Source of the DNA: Bdellovibrionota bacterium
Lineage (GTDB): Bacteria > Bdellovibrionota > Bdellovibrionia > Bdellovibrionales > JAEYZS01
Direction: 5' to 3'
Assembly (NCBI GenBank): GCA_963169515.1
Contig: CAUJEF010000003.1
Location: 1 to 47,273, forward strand
Length of the DNA: 47,273 nt
Shown here: one piece after another, positions 28,501 to 38,308 of the stretch
Layout: every line of letters begins with the position of its first letter
Position numbering within the stretch: the first letter of the stretch is position 1
Position numbers and translations under genes: made by a program
The notes under the pieces: generated by a model
Databases searched by the model: none
Seen by the model: only the letters and a program-made list of their open reading frames with translations
Told to the model about the DNA's origin: nothing

Positions 28501-29036
28501 AGGAGCAGGCCGGTCATGCCAACGCCGTTGGCTATGAGCTCTATCTTGAGCTTTTAGAGAACGCACTTCGTGAAGCAAAAGGAGATAGTCCCGAAATTGA
28601 CTCCTTGGAGCCAGAAATAAACCTTCGCATCGCGGCCCTAATACCAGACACCTATATGCCGGATATTCGTTTACGTATGGCATACTACAAGGCCTTTTCA
28701 AGCATCGAATCTTTGGATGACGTCGATCGCTTCGAAGAAGACTTGCACGATCAGTTCGGACCGATCCCCGAACCCGTTCGAAACTTGATGGGTGTAATGT
28801 TGATCAAAAAGCATGCGAAAAATCTTGGTATTCGCGATCTAACTCTAGGGACAAAAAATTTGTCCCTTGCGTTTACAGAGCATACTTCTTTGTCCCCCCA
28901 AGCGGCAATTAACCTAACGCTTAACAAAACCAAGAAATATTCTCTAACCCCCGATAGTCGGCTGATTATAAAGCTTGAAAATCAAACTTGGCCGGCCGTG
29001 CTTGAAGAGCTCAGCGGGCTAGAGAAGCTCTCCTAA
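25590..29036 (+). CDS. mfd: Transcription-repair coupling factor Mfd
   Basis: 1148 aa. It has a UvrB-homology N-terminus, an RNAP-interacting domain, superfamily-2 translocase motifs (GDVGFGKTEVAM Walker A; VDEEHKFG DEAH-like box; QLRGRVGR), and a TRCF C-terminal domain. Confidence 0.95.
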   Translation: MTPVFPRVFAGIIDSALALNIRNTQIVGTTSSVVLAGYLSSEHSLLQRKTPQLVVTATEDAALAFAQDLRFFNPSLEAHLLEPFDVSPYSTLYPNYRGLAQRINWLYRAQYSLGHEIFIAPIQAILQKTLPQKILDICTRTFRINDNISADFLKTLANLGYQPVPRVEDVGQFSVKGGLIDIFSPAHPNPVRIELFGDTIDSLRFFSPSDQRSLAATKDFVVLPTREVLFLDETAEAAQKNILPRLKGSPEKESIYRSLVTKSFFPGIDFYLPCFYESLSSPLDFFTDNVNIWWLDHLDITRQSDLFLSDLLDAHRQQDVAAQLPKPSDLYSDLQSIQNSKHRTFLLSKVDISSERKEPGVGAYSYPVQTLGSLHALNKNTFEDLESKIHGWLQKHSQIIVATHTQGQAERILFILEKMSIPVSILNQFEGLPETTSPRVFVIPNRLSESVNIVSEDYVFLREEDFFGNKQVKRKAPSASKEISAILLSDLKENDLIVHVDHGVGIFQGLKTMVLQGIPSEFIQINYKDDDKLYLPVYRINLIRRYTGVSALDKLGNKNWEKTKIRVRNHLRDVASDLLSLYAKRSQIERPPYPPPDENYKSFEGQFPYDETTDQLKAIEEILNDLQKPSPMDRLICGDVGFGKTEVAMRAAFKVVVEKKQVAVLSPTTVLTFQHLETFRRRFKNWPVTIEALSRFSSRKDAAETVQKMKLGRVDIIIGTHRLLSKDISFKDLGLLIVDEEHKFGVIHKEKIKKMKTSVDTISMSATPIPRTLNMGFMGVRDLSLINTPPNDRLPTRTFLCPFEPHTIRKAILSEIHRGGQIFFLHNRVQSIHETSEKIREIAPEARVRVAHGQMPAETLEETMIAFFKHEFDVLVCTTIVESGMDIPRANTIFIDRADGLGLSQLYQLRGRVGRSKERAYCYLLIPNQRSLDPAAQERLKAIQENVELGRGVQIAHRDLELRGAGSILGEEQAGHANAVGYELYLELLENALREAKGDSPEIDSLEPEINLRIAALIPDTYMPDIRLRMAYYKAFSSIESLDDVDRFEEDLHDQFGPIPEPVRNLMGVMLIKKHAKNLGIRDLTLGTKNLSLAFTEHTSLSPQAAINLTLNKTKKYSLTPDSRLIIKLENQTWPAVLEELSGLEKLS

Positions 29037-29528
29037 GGCGCCCGCTTCCACAAGGTTAACCGTCAAGTTTCGCTTCCCTTCTCCTTGACTGTAAATGATG
29101 TTGTTATTAATCCTAAACTCAAAGTTTATATAATTAGACAGCTTCTCCCACAGCGAGTTTGAGAAAAAGTTTTCTCCAATAAAAAATTCAACGGCAACAC
29201 CCTTGTTTGCAAGCATGGCGTTTTTAAGAACCTTATCGCTTACAATGAGACGATCCATCACAAACATGATTTCAGAGTGATCGAGCCTATCGTTATTTCG
29301 TAGCTCGGCCTCTAAAACCTTGCCTAGATCCTGAAGGCAAACTTGAAATGGCCCTCGGTTTACCAAGATGACATTGTTAACATATTGGACTTCGCAGAAC
29401 TTGGGGGCAGACGCGATGATGATCTTGTCATCGGCAAATAGCTGCCCAGGCAAAAACAAAGCTGCCAAAAATATTATTAATAACAAAGATATCAAATATA
29501 CTTCGGGTGTTTGGACTCTTGAGGACAT
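29019..29528 (-). CDS. Hypothetical exported protein
   Basis: The track ORF runs to 29612. The internal Met at 29526-29528 gives a plausible signal/anchor (MSSRVQTPEVYLISLLLIIFLAALFLPGQLFA). No recognisable domain. The 3' end overlaps the mfd 3' end by 18 nt (convergent). Confidence 0.45.
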   Translation of the reverse strand: MSSRVQTPEVYLISLLLIIFLAALFLPGQLFADDKIIIASAPKFCEVQYVNNVILVNRGPFQVCLQDLGKVLEAELRNNDRLDHSEIMFVMDRLIVSDKVLKNAMLANKGVAVEFFIGENFFSNSLWEKLSNYINFEFRINNNIIYSQGEGKRNLTVNLVEAGALGELL

Positions 29529-29640
29529 AATCTCTCCCACGAAAAAATTCAACCCTACATTTACAAATAAGGTGCCAGGCGTGAAATTGGATTTAATTGG
29601 CATTGGGAGCACATATGTGTATATTTGTGCCTATAAAAAA

Positions 29641-30156
29641 CTAACGTCGTCCCATTTTGCTACGTAGAACGCACTTTGCTGTGATCTTGAATCCGATGTC
29701 GCCCCTCTTTGTACTTTCCAACGACACGTTGGCTGTCGGCAGCTCTTCGGAAGGTGCGCGAGTATCGTCGATATCCAAGACAATGAATTTTACCTTTGTT
29801 GATTTCAAATTCTGGTCGCGGCAGAAGCGTTGGATGACCTCTTCATCTAGCCGAGTTGCTATTGCTTCCGCCGACAGCGGTATTAGACGGTCCTCCTGAC
29901 GTTTAAACATAATTCTCATTTTAAATGCCTGTTCTTTGAATACCTTTGCCGCCTTGATTCTTTTTTTTTGATAAAACCTTTCGTTAAAATCCAGATGAAG
30001 TTGCTCCATATCTACCTTAAGACGGTATTGCCCCACAAACTCATTGAGTAGCTCCTGGATAAGAGGCAGAGCTGCGCTTTCAGTCATCCCCACCGAATAT
30101 ACTCGTGGGGTTGCCAAACAAAGAGCCAATGATACTAAAACAGCCAATTTTTTCAT
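29641..30156 (-). CDS. Hypothetical exported protein
   Basis: The track ORF runs to 30183. The Met at 30154-30156 gives a classical signal peptide (MKKLAVLVSLALCLATPRVYS). The mature part is charged and helical, with no motif recognised. Confidence 0.5.
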   Translation of the reverse strand: MKKLAVLVSLALCLATPRVYSVGMTESAALPLIQELLNEFVGQYRLKVDMEQLHLDFNERFYQKKRIKAAKVFKEQAFKMRIMFKRQEDRLIPLSAEAIATRLDEEVIQRFCRDQNLKSTKVKFIVLDIDDTRAPSEELPTANVSLESTKRGDIGFKITAKCVLRSKMGRR

Positions 30157-30259
30157 AAAATTTACCAGAAATACCATATACACACTTCATGCCAATAGAT
30201 CCCAAGTGTTTTAGGCATTTAAACTGTTAATAAAATAAACAGAACCACAAAAAGTGGCC

Positions 30260-31579
30260 TTAGAACTCAAACTTTAGCCCCGAAAGAAGGGCGATTTTTT
30301 CGCTGGATAGGTCCGGCGAGGCGGGGTCAGAAAAGCTCGTTGCATCAAGATAATAGCGCGCCTCTAGGTATAGAAAAGTATTTTCCAACCCAAAGTCTTC
30401 ATAAGAATCAATATTGGCTTGCTCATCCATCCAATCAAGCTGGAATTGAAGCCCCGCGCCTGCATACATGGTTTTCGTCCCACCGCCATTTTCATTATTT
30501 GCAACCGTTTCAGAATAAAGAACATATCCAATTCCTACCGTCCCATATGGTACAACGTACGGTTCCTTAAATAAATTATCTAAAGCAAACGTCAGCGCCG
30601 CCGTGGTGAAAATTAAATTCAACTTGCTCTCTAGCGTATCTTTTGTATTCGAGTAATACCCGCCCCCCAGATCAAGAGCTAAAGATCCAAGTGCAAAATT
30701 ATATTTGAAGCCGAACGTCAGCTCTAGCAATGGCGTCTCGGCGTCTCCGTAAACTGTTTCTAAATCTCCATCGTACGCGTCAGGCTGATAATTCGTCGGC
30801 GTATAGGTGTTAACACCAAGGCTGACTGTGTTTGTCCACGTGTTTCGTCGCAAAGCATAGGGAATTAGGGTGTCATATCGGCAGTTGCACTTTTGCGTTG
30901 CCTTACCATAGGGAAATTTCTCAACAACCACGTCTCCTACTTTGACAGCATCCCCTTCTTCTTCTTCTTGGTTCACCTGCGGTAGAGTTCCTTGCCTTGG
31001 GCGCGTCCACTTGCGCGACGGACCGGCCGGCGTCTGCTTTTCTTCCTGTTGCTCTACGACTTCCTCTGGATTTTCCTCTGGCAACGGTTGCTCATAAACT
31101 TCTTGTTGCTTCTGCTTTGTTTCTGGCGCGCTCTCTTCGTCAATATCTGCTTGTTCTTGCTCATCTTCTTTCAATAGCAATTCGTCTTCGGACTCTGGCG
31201 CAGGGGCTTCCGCCTCTTGTTCTTTTTGCTTCAGCGTTCTTTTTTTGATCGCTTCCTCGGCCTTTTTTTGATCTTTTGCCTCTTCCCCCCTAGATTTTTC
31301 CACTTCTTTTTCAAGGTTGGTTAGGACGCCCTCATCATCAACACTTTTCTTTTTTGTCGCGGGCGCGGCTTCCTTTTCCTCCCCCATAAAGTCCAGAGAA
31401 GATGCATCTTTGTCTTTATCCTTAAGTATGATGTCTTGATCTTTGAAATCTTCGAAGCCGCCAGGCTTCTGCGCCAATGCAGTCGCCGGGAGCGCCAAAA
31501 TAAAACACACCGATACTGCTAGTCTGCGACCAAAGTGCATTTTTAAATTATAGTAAAATTTCCTGTTTTTCTCTCTCAT
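30260..31579 (-). CDS. Outer-membrane beta-barrel protein with a long N-terminal acidic/lysine-rich low-complexity region
   Basis: 439 aa. Signal peptide MHFGRRLAVSVCFILALPATALA (a possible true start at 31540). Roughly 170-180 residues are E/K/Q/D/P-rich low complexity. The C-terminal ~200 aa show alternating hydrophobic beta-strand patterns, aromatic girdle residues and a terminal LKFEF (C-terminal Phe OMP signature). Confidence 0.6.
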   Translation of the reverse strand: MREKNRKFYYNLKMHFGRRLAVSVCFILALPATALAQKPGGFEDFKDQDIILKDKDKDASSLDFMGEEKEAAPATKKKSVDDEGVLTNLEKEVEKSRGEEAKDQKKAEEAIKKRTLKQKEQEAEAPAPESEDELLLKEDEQEQADIDEESAPETKQKQQEVYEQPLPEENPEEVVEQQEEKQTPAGPSRKWTRPRQGTLPQVNQEEEEGDAVKVGDVVVEKFPYGKATQKCNCRYDTLIPYALRRNTWTNTVSLGVNTYTPTNYQPDAYDGDLETVYGDAETPLLELTFGFKYNFALGSLALDLGGGYYSNTKDTLESKLNLIFTTAALTFALDNLFKEPYVVPYGTVGIGYVLYSETVANNENGGGTKTMYAGAGLQFQLDWMDEQANIDSYEDFGLENTFLYLEARYYLDATSFSDPASPDLSSEKIALLSGLKFEF

Positions 31580-31604
31580 ATTTTGACTGCACTATAAATT
31601 ATAG

Positions 31605-33236
31605 ATGAAAGTTCTAACCTATTCTTTTATTACTCTCTTGTTATTATTTTGTTCTGTCACTGTGCGAGCTGAAGATCCCAAGACTAAAGACCAGCCACCC
31701 CTCTTCTCCCTTGAAGAAAAAGTTGGGCAGCTTTTTTTGATCGGCTTTAAGGGAACCGCTTTTGATTCTGGATTAAAAGAGCGTATTGATAAAATTAACC
31801 CCGGTGGACTGATTTTTTTCAAGCGGAATATCCCCAACACAGCGAGCGCCAGAAACATGATTTATGGAATTCAAAAATATCTGCACAGCCACAAGCAAAT
31901 TCCCATATTCACAGCAATTGATCAAGAGGGGGGCGCTGTTACTCGCATTCGTACAAATCCCCCTCTTCCAAGCGCTCTTGCAATGGGGCGGGTGCGAAAC
32001 CCAAAAGTTGTAAACTCGATTGGCGTTGCGACCGGGAAAAAGCTTAAATACATCGGATTTAATTTGAATCTTGCACCCGTTCTTGACCTGTCGGATCCCA
32101 ATAAGTTTTCGTTCATTGGAAATCGCTCATTCGGTAACGACCCCGAGACGGCCGCCACGGCAGCAATCCAGTTTTCAAGGGGTGTCGAGTCTGCAGGCGT
32201 TCTTTCGACAGCAAAACACTTCCCCGGCCACGGCAATGTTGGGACAGACTCTCATGTGGAGTTGCCAGTAAGCCCCATGAGCAAGGCCGAACTAATGGCC
32301 ACGAGCGTGTTTCCTTATAAAAAATCCATTGAGTCTGACGCCATTTCTGCTGTCATGATGGCGCATATGCTATACCCAAATATCGACGAATCTTACCCGG
32401 CAACATATTCAAAAAAAATTATAGATATTTTAAAAGTCGAGCTTGGTTTTAAAGGTATTATATTGACTGATGACATACAAATGACCGGCGCAAATATTTA
32501 TCCGAGTATTGGTGAGCGTGCCGTCCAAGCTTTTATTGCAGGAAATGACATGATTATGGTTGCGTGGAGTTATCCGGATCAACTTGAAGCCTACAATGGC
32601 ATCCTTGAGGCTGTCCGGTCAGGACGAATTGCAGAGTCTCGCGTCGATGAAAGTTTTAAAAAAATATATGATTTAAAAAAACGCTTTACCTTTTTGGACG
32701 CTCCAGTCCCGCCGGCCTCCGCGACCACCCATCTTGTGGAAAAAAAGGACCCTGTTTTAACAGAAGACATTGAGGCAATTTTCAAAGACATTTTGACCCA
32801 AGAACAAAAAAAGATGGCCTCTTTCGACTTTAAAAATGCCTCCGCCCATCCTTTTGTTGTGTTTTCTTCCGAAGAGTCTTTTTTAAACGAATTCAAAAAA
32901 ACTCGCGTGAGCCAAAAGACCATACTTGTAAGGCTAAAGAAAACAACTTCTTTCAAAAATATCGAGCTCTTCCAAAAACGCGGGCGCTCATTTATTGGCG
33001 TTGTTCATGTGTCGGGTCCCGTAACGGCAAAAATCATAAATCGGATGCCAGATTCTATTAGGAAAAACTTTATACTTGTTAACAATTATTTCCCGGGCGC
33101 AATACGTGATCATGAACTGTTCCATGCCACTATTGACATTCCTCTTCGGAGTTCCTCGATGGGAAAGACAATTGCAAACTGGCTTGTGACGCTTTCGCGA
33201 ACGCCTGCTTCGACTGAAGCCAGCGACAGGCTCTAA
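31605..33236 (+). CDS. nagZ: Exported glycoside hydrolase family 3 beta-N-acetylhexosaminidase (NagZ-like) with an extra C-terminal domain
   Basis: 543 aa. Signal peptide MKVLTYSFITLLLLFCSVTVRA. GH3 N-domain motifs are present (IDQEGGAVTR, KHFPGHGNVGTDSHVELP, ILTDDIQM). About 170 aa at the C-terminus are unassigned. Confidence 0.8.
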   Translation: MKVLTYSFITLLLLFCSVTVRAEDPKTKDQPPLFSLEEKVGQLFLIGFKGTAFDSGLKERIDKINPGGLIFFKRNIPNTASARNMIYGIQKYLHSHKQIPIFTAIDQEGGAVTRIRTNPPLPSALAMGRVRNPKVVNSIGVATGKKLKYIGFNLNLAPVLDLSDPNKFSFIGNRSFGNDPETAATAAIQFSRGVESAGVLSTAKHFPGHGNVGTDSHVELPVSPMSKAELMATSVFPYKKSIESDAISAVMMAHMLYPNIDESYPATYSKKIIDILKVELGFKGIILTDDIQMTGANIYPSIGERAVQAFIAGNDMIMVAWSYPDQLEAYNGILEAVRSGRIAESRVDESFKKIYDLKKRFTFLDAPVPPASATTHLVEKKDPVLTEDIEAIFKDILTQEQKKMASFDFKNASAHPFVVFSSEESFLNEFKKTRVSQKTILVRLKKTTSFKNIELFQKRGRSFIGVVHVSGPVTAKIINRMPDSIRKNFILVNNYFPGAIRDHELFHATIDIPLRSSSMGKTIANWLVTLSRTPASTEASDRL

Positions 33237-33254
33237 ATCAGAACAGATGTTCTC

Positions 33255-33992
33255 CTAATTAGACGCAAACGAGGTCAGAACTTCATCGATTGTTTCTCGC
33301 GCTATGTCTTCGCATATGTTCATTTTCATTTCAACTTTCCCAATAAACATCGGTGCGGGCACGGAAACTTCTTTGATGTGGCCCTCTTTTGACAAAGTAA
33401 TCTCTGTCTTTTCAAGCGCCTTCCCCCATAGCGGGCTCATACCATCCGCTTTGAATAAAACTTTTAGCTCTTCTCCTGCCGGTATTGTTTCCAGACTGAG
33501 TTTTAAAAGTTGCTGTTTCCCCAAAATATAAATTGTGCTCAATGAGTTGGGCGGAATCTTTTCAAGATGAAAAAATGCTACTATCGACAGCGGATCGAAA
33601 ACACGGTGTTCTGGCGCCAGGCCAGAACGGGAGTAACTTACTTCGCGCTCTTGCACCAATCCACTTTTGTTTTCTGTGTATTGCAATTGTCCGGAAGAGA
33701 ACCCCCACCTTTTGTATATTTTTTTGTTTTTGTCTCTTTCTTCAAACGAAACAAATTTGAGCTCTCCGTCCTTCTCTGAATCCCAAACAGAAAGGCCCTC
33801 GAAATCGAGCAGATTAAAAAGATTTTTAATCCCGGCCCGGCAGCGGATGTAAATACAATACTGCCCGCTGGCGCTTAGCCCTTTAACCATCGAAAGAGTT
33901 CCGGCCCCACCCATCCCGGACAAAGAATATTCTATTCTTTTTCTTTTTTTAATTTCAGAATCAGAATAAAAAATTTTAGACTCAAGTTCCAT
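33255..33992 (-). CDS. Hypothetical protein immediately downstream of atpC (weak DUF3108-like resemblance)
   Basis: 245-aa ORF starting 2 nt after the atpC stop on the same strand. It looks beta-rich and has no signal peptide. The segments YSLSGMGGAGTLSM and VFDPLSIVAFFHLE are faintly reminiscent of DUF3108, but I cannot support that family call. Confidence 0.45.
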   Translation of the reverse strand: MELESKIFYSDSEIKKRKRIEYSLSGMGGAGTLSMVKGLSASGQYCIYIRCRAGIKNLFNLLDFEGLSVWDSEKDGELKFVSFEERDKNKKIYKRWGFSSGQLQYTENKSGLVQEREVSYSRSGLAPEHRVFDPLSIVAFFHLEKIPPNSLSTIYILGKQQLLKLSLETIPAGEELKVLFKADGMSPLWGKALEKTEITLSKEGHIKEVSVPAPMFIGKVEMKMNICEDIARETIDEVLTSFASN

Positions 33993-33994
33993 TG

Positions 33995-34404
33995 CTAGTG
34001 CGTGGCTTTAGCTATTGCGATACGAACAAGGGCTCTTTCTTTTTTTGCTTGGAGATCTTCTATTTCAAGAGGCTCTAAATTGGGTGCGGAAAGCTTTTCT
34101 TCCCACTTCTTCAAGTCGGCCTCTTCCCTTGGAATATCGATCTCTTCTGGGCGCTCCGCTGTTTCGGCAAGAATATTAATTCCATTGTTAAAGACTTCGC
34201 AATAGCCCCAGCTGACAGAAACGCGCCCCTTTTCTCCGTTGTTTTTTAAAGTATAACGCAAAACCCCTGGGAGAAGCGTTGTCATCAGCGCGGTGTGATC
34301 TGGAAGAATTTCAATTTCTCCCCCCTCCGCTGGAACCACAAGATCCTCTACCTCGGCATCGATCATGATTCTTTTTTCTGGTGTAACGATTGATAATTTC
34401 AACA

Positions 34405-34405
<1 letters not shown>
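33995..34405 (-). CDS. atpC: F1 ATP synthase epsilon subunit
   Basis: 136 aa. MLKLSIVTPEKRI...VVPAEGGEIEILPDHTALMT is the typical epsilon beta-sandwich start. The start shares 1 nt with the atpD stop. Confidence 0.9.
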
Positions 34406-35874
<1,469 letters not shown>

Positions 35875-36747
35875 TTAATTATTCAACGACTCTGCGCCGC
35901 TCACAATTTCCGTTAACTCAGTTGTGATCGCGGCCTGCCTTACTTTGTTATAATATAAAGTTAAATTTCTAATCAACTCACCCGCATTTCGTGTTGCGTT
36001 TTCCATCGCATTCATTCGCGCCCCATGCTCAGAGGCCAAGGATTCTTGCATCGCTCGGTAAACCTGAATTGCAAAGTGCTTTTTCAAAAGCTCTCCCATA
36101 ATTTCTCTTGCCGACGGTTCAAACAAAAAGTCTATTGCCCCTTCGGCAGGGCTTGCCTCCATATTTTTTGTCGAGATGGGCAGAAAAACTTCATCCACCA
36201 CTTTTTGTGAGAGCGCAGATTTAAATTCGTTATATATAATTCGCACCTCTGAATATTCGCCCTTTGAATAATATTCGAGCAATTTTTCTGCCGCTTTTGA
36301 TGCAAAACTATAGGAAACGTCATTTGCAAGGTTTGTGACGGTCTCGATCCCTGTTACACTCATGCGCCGGAAGGCCTCCGCTGCTTTGCGCCCAATAAAA
36401 ATAAAATCTATCTTTTCGTACTTCGCCTTGTTTTCCGCGTGAAATGTTTTTGTATATTTTATAATGCTCGAGTTAAAGCCGCCACACAGTCCTTTGTCAC
36501 TTGTTAAAACAACCAGCAGCAGTTTCCCGCTTGTTATGGGCTCGCCCAAAAGCGGGTGCGCCTCCGCTGCCGAGATTGCTAGTCTTTTGATAACAGCAGC
36601 CATTTTTACGGCATAGGGGCGGGCATGAATAATTCGCTCTTGGGCCTTTCTAAGCTTTGCCGCAGAGACCACTTTCATGGCCTTTGTCGTTTGCTGTGTT
36701 TTTTTTGTACTCGCGATTTTTACGCGAATATCTTTTGTATTGGCCAT
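35875..36747 (-). CDS. atpG: F1 ATP synthase gamma subunit
   Basis: 290 aa. N-terminal IRVKIASTKKTQQTTKAMKVVSAAKLRKAQ and C-terminal RQAAITTELTEIVSGAESL are canonical gamma helices. Confidence 0.95.
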   Translation of the reverse strand: MANTKDIRVKIASTKKTQQTTKAMKVVSAAKLRKAQERIIHARPYAVKMAAVIKRLAISAAEAHPLLGEPITSGKLLLVVLTSDKGLCGGFNSSIIKYTKTFHAENKAKYEKIDFIFIGRKAAEAFRRMSVTGIETVTNLANDVSYSFASKAAEKLLEYYSKGEYSEVRIIYNEFKSALSQKVVDEVFLPISTKNMEASPAEGAIDFLFEPSAREIMGELLKKHFAIQVYRAMQESLASEHGARMNAMENATRNAGELIRNLTLYYNKVRQAAITTELTEIVSGAESLNN

Positions 36748-36753
36748 CTTCCC

Positions 36754-38271
36754 TTACGCTTTTTTAACTTCAAAAATAGATTTGAATTCTGTTAGTGCCT
36801 TTATCAGACCATCTTTAATGTTATCTTTTATCGCCTTTTCTTGTGCTAGGCTTTTAACAACATCCCCGTATTTCTGTTTTAGATATGTCAAAAATTCCTT
36901 TTCATAGCGCTTGATTTGGCTCGTTGGAATTTCATCTAGGTAGCCACTTGTGGCCGCATAAATAATTATGACCTGATCTTCCACGTCATAAGGAGAATAT
37001 TGATCTTGTTTTAAAATCTCAACAAGCCTCTCTCCGCGAGAAAGCTGTTTCTGTGTCGCCTTATCAAGGTCCGAGCCGAAGGCAGCAAAGGCCTCTAGTT
37101 CACGAAATTGTGCCAATTCAAGCTTCAATGTCCCGGCAACTTGCTTCATCGCCTTAACTTGAGCATTGCCGCCCACACGCGAAACTGAAATTCCCACGTT
37201 TACTGCGGGGCGGACGCCCTTGTGGAACAATGAATTTTCTAAAAAGATCTGCCCGTCTGTAATTGAAATCACATTTGTTGGAATATAAGCAGACACGTCT
37301 CCCGCTTGCGTTTCAATGATTGGGAGTGCCGTTAAAGATCCGCTACCGGCTTCGGGGCTAAGCTTCGCTGCGCGCTCTAGCAATCGAGAATGTAAATAAA
37401 ATACGTCTCCAGGATACGCTTCTCGTCCTGGAGGCCGACGCAATAAAAGTGAGAGTTGGCGGTATGCTTGGGCTTGCTTCGTTAAGTCATCATAAATAAT
37501 CAACGCATGTCGGCCGGTATCGCGGAAATATTCTGCCATTGTACAGCCGGAATATGCCGCAAGATACTGAAGTGGCGCAGGTTGTGACGACGTCGCAGAA
37601 ATAACCGTTGTGTATTCCATCGCTCCTGCCGACTTTAATCTTTCAACCACAAGCGCAACCGTTGATTGCTTTTGTCCTATCGCCACATAAAAACATTGAA
37701 CATTGCGGCCCTTTTGATTGATGATCGTGTCAATTGCAATTGCAGTTTTTCCTGTTTGTCGGTCGCCAATAATCAGCTCTCTCTGCCCTCGCCCAATGGG
37801 AATCATAGAGTCAATCGCTTTAATTCCTGTTTGCAGGGGCTCTGTAACTGGCGCACGAAGCACAATGCCCGGGGCTTTTACGTCCACTTGTTTTGCCGCT
37901 TTTGTTTGGATGGGGCCCCGTCCATCAAGCGGCTGCCCAAGCGGATTAACCACGCGGCCGAGGAGCCCCTCTCCAACGGGGACCTCAACAATTTTTTTGG
38001 TTCTTTTGACGGTGTCCCCTTCTTTAATATGATAGTCTTCGCCAAAAATAACAGCTCCGACCGAGCTACTCTCAAGATTCAGAGCCATCCCCAAAATTCC
38101 ACCAGGAAATTCTACCAGCTCACCAGACATCACGTTGTCTAGGCCGTATATTCGCGCCACTCCGTCGCCCACAGAAAGAACGCTTCCGGTTTCGCTGACC
38201 TCAAGCGTTTTATTGTAGTTCTTAATTTGGTCTCTCAGAACCCTCGTAATTTCATCTGCGCGAATTTGCAT
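36754..38271 (-). CDS. atpA: F1 ATP synthase alpha subunit
   Basis: Walker [12 protein letters not shown]. The ATG at 38269-38271 ([12 protein letters not shown]) is preceded by an AAGGTGG Shine-Dalgarno. The track ORF starts 9 nt further upstream at a GTG. Confidence 0.97.
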   Translation of the reverse strand: MQIRADEITRVLRDQIKNYNKTLEVSETGSVLSVGDGVARIYGLDNVMSGELVEFPGGILGMALNLESSSVGAVIFGEDYHIKEGDTVKRTKKIVEVPVGEGLLGRVVNPLGQPLDGRGPIQTKAAKQVDVKAPGIVLRAPVTEPLQTGIKAIDSMIPIGRGQRELIIGDRQTGKTAIAIDTIINQKGRNVQCFYVAIGQKQSTVALVVERLKSAGAMEYTTVISATSSQPAPLQYLAAYSGCTMAEYFRDTGRHALIIYDDLTKQAQAYRQLSLLLRRPPGREAYPGDVFYLHSRLLERAAKLSPEAGSGSLTALPIIETQAGDVSAYIPTNVISITDGQIFLENSLFHKGVRPAVNVGISVSRVGGNAQVKAMKQVAGTLKLELAQFRELEAFAAFGSDLDKATQKQLSRGERLVEILKQDQYSPYDVEDQVIIIYAATSGYLDEIPTSQIKRYEKEFLTYLKQKYGDVVKSLAQEKAIKDNIKDGLIKALTEFKSIFEVKKA

Positions 38272-38308
38272 GCTTACCACCTTATAAGACGTTGTCGATT
38301 GGTCCTTA

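Noticed and set aside
33240-33253. The palindrome AGAACA-GA-TGTTCT in the 18-bp gap between the convergent nagZ-like gene and the unknown ORF, considered as a bidirectional terminator.
   Set aside because: The stem is only 6 bp with a 2-nt spacer, and there is no flanking T/A-tract. It is too weak for an intrinsic terminator, and any role as a protein-binding site is unsupported.
37666-38142. Long antisense ORFs inside well-conserved genes. Examples are 158 aa and 104 aa opposite atpA, 168 aa at 41988-42494 opposite parB/parA, and 133 aa at 7330-7731 opposite the M16 peptidase.
   Set aside because: These are shadow ORFs on the strand opposite strongly supported conserved genes. They have low-complexity or odd composition and no start-site signals.
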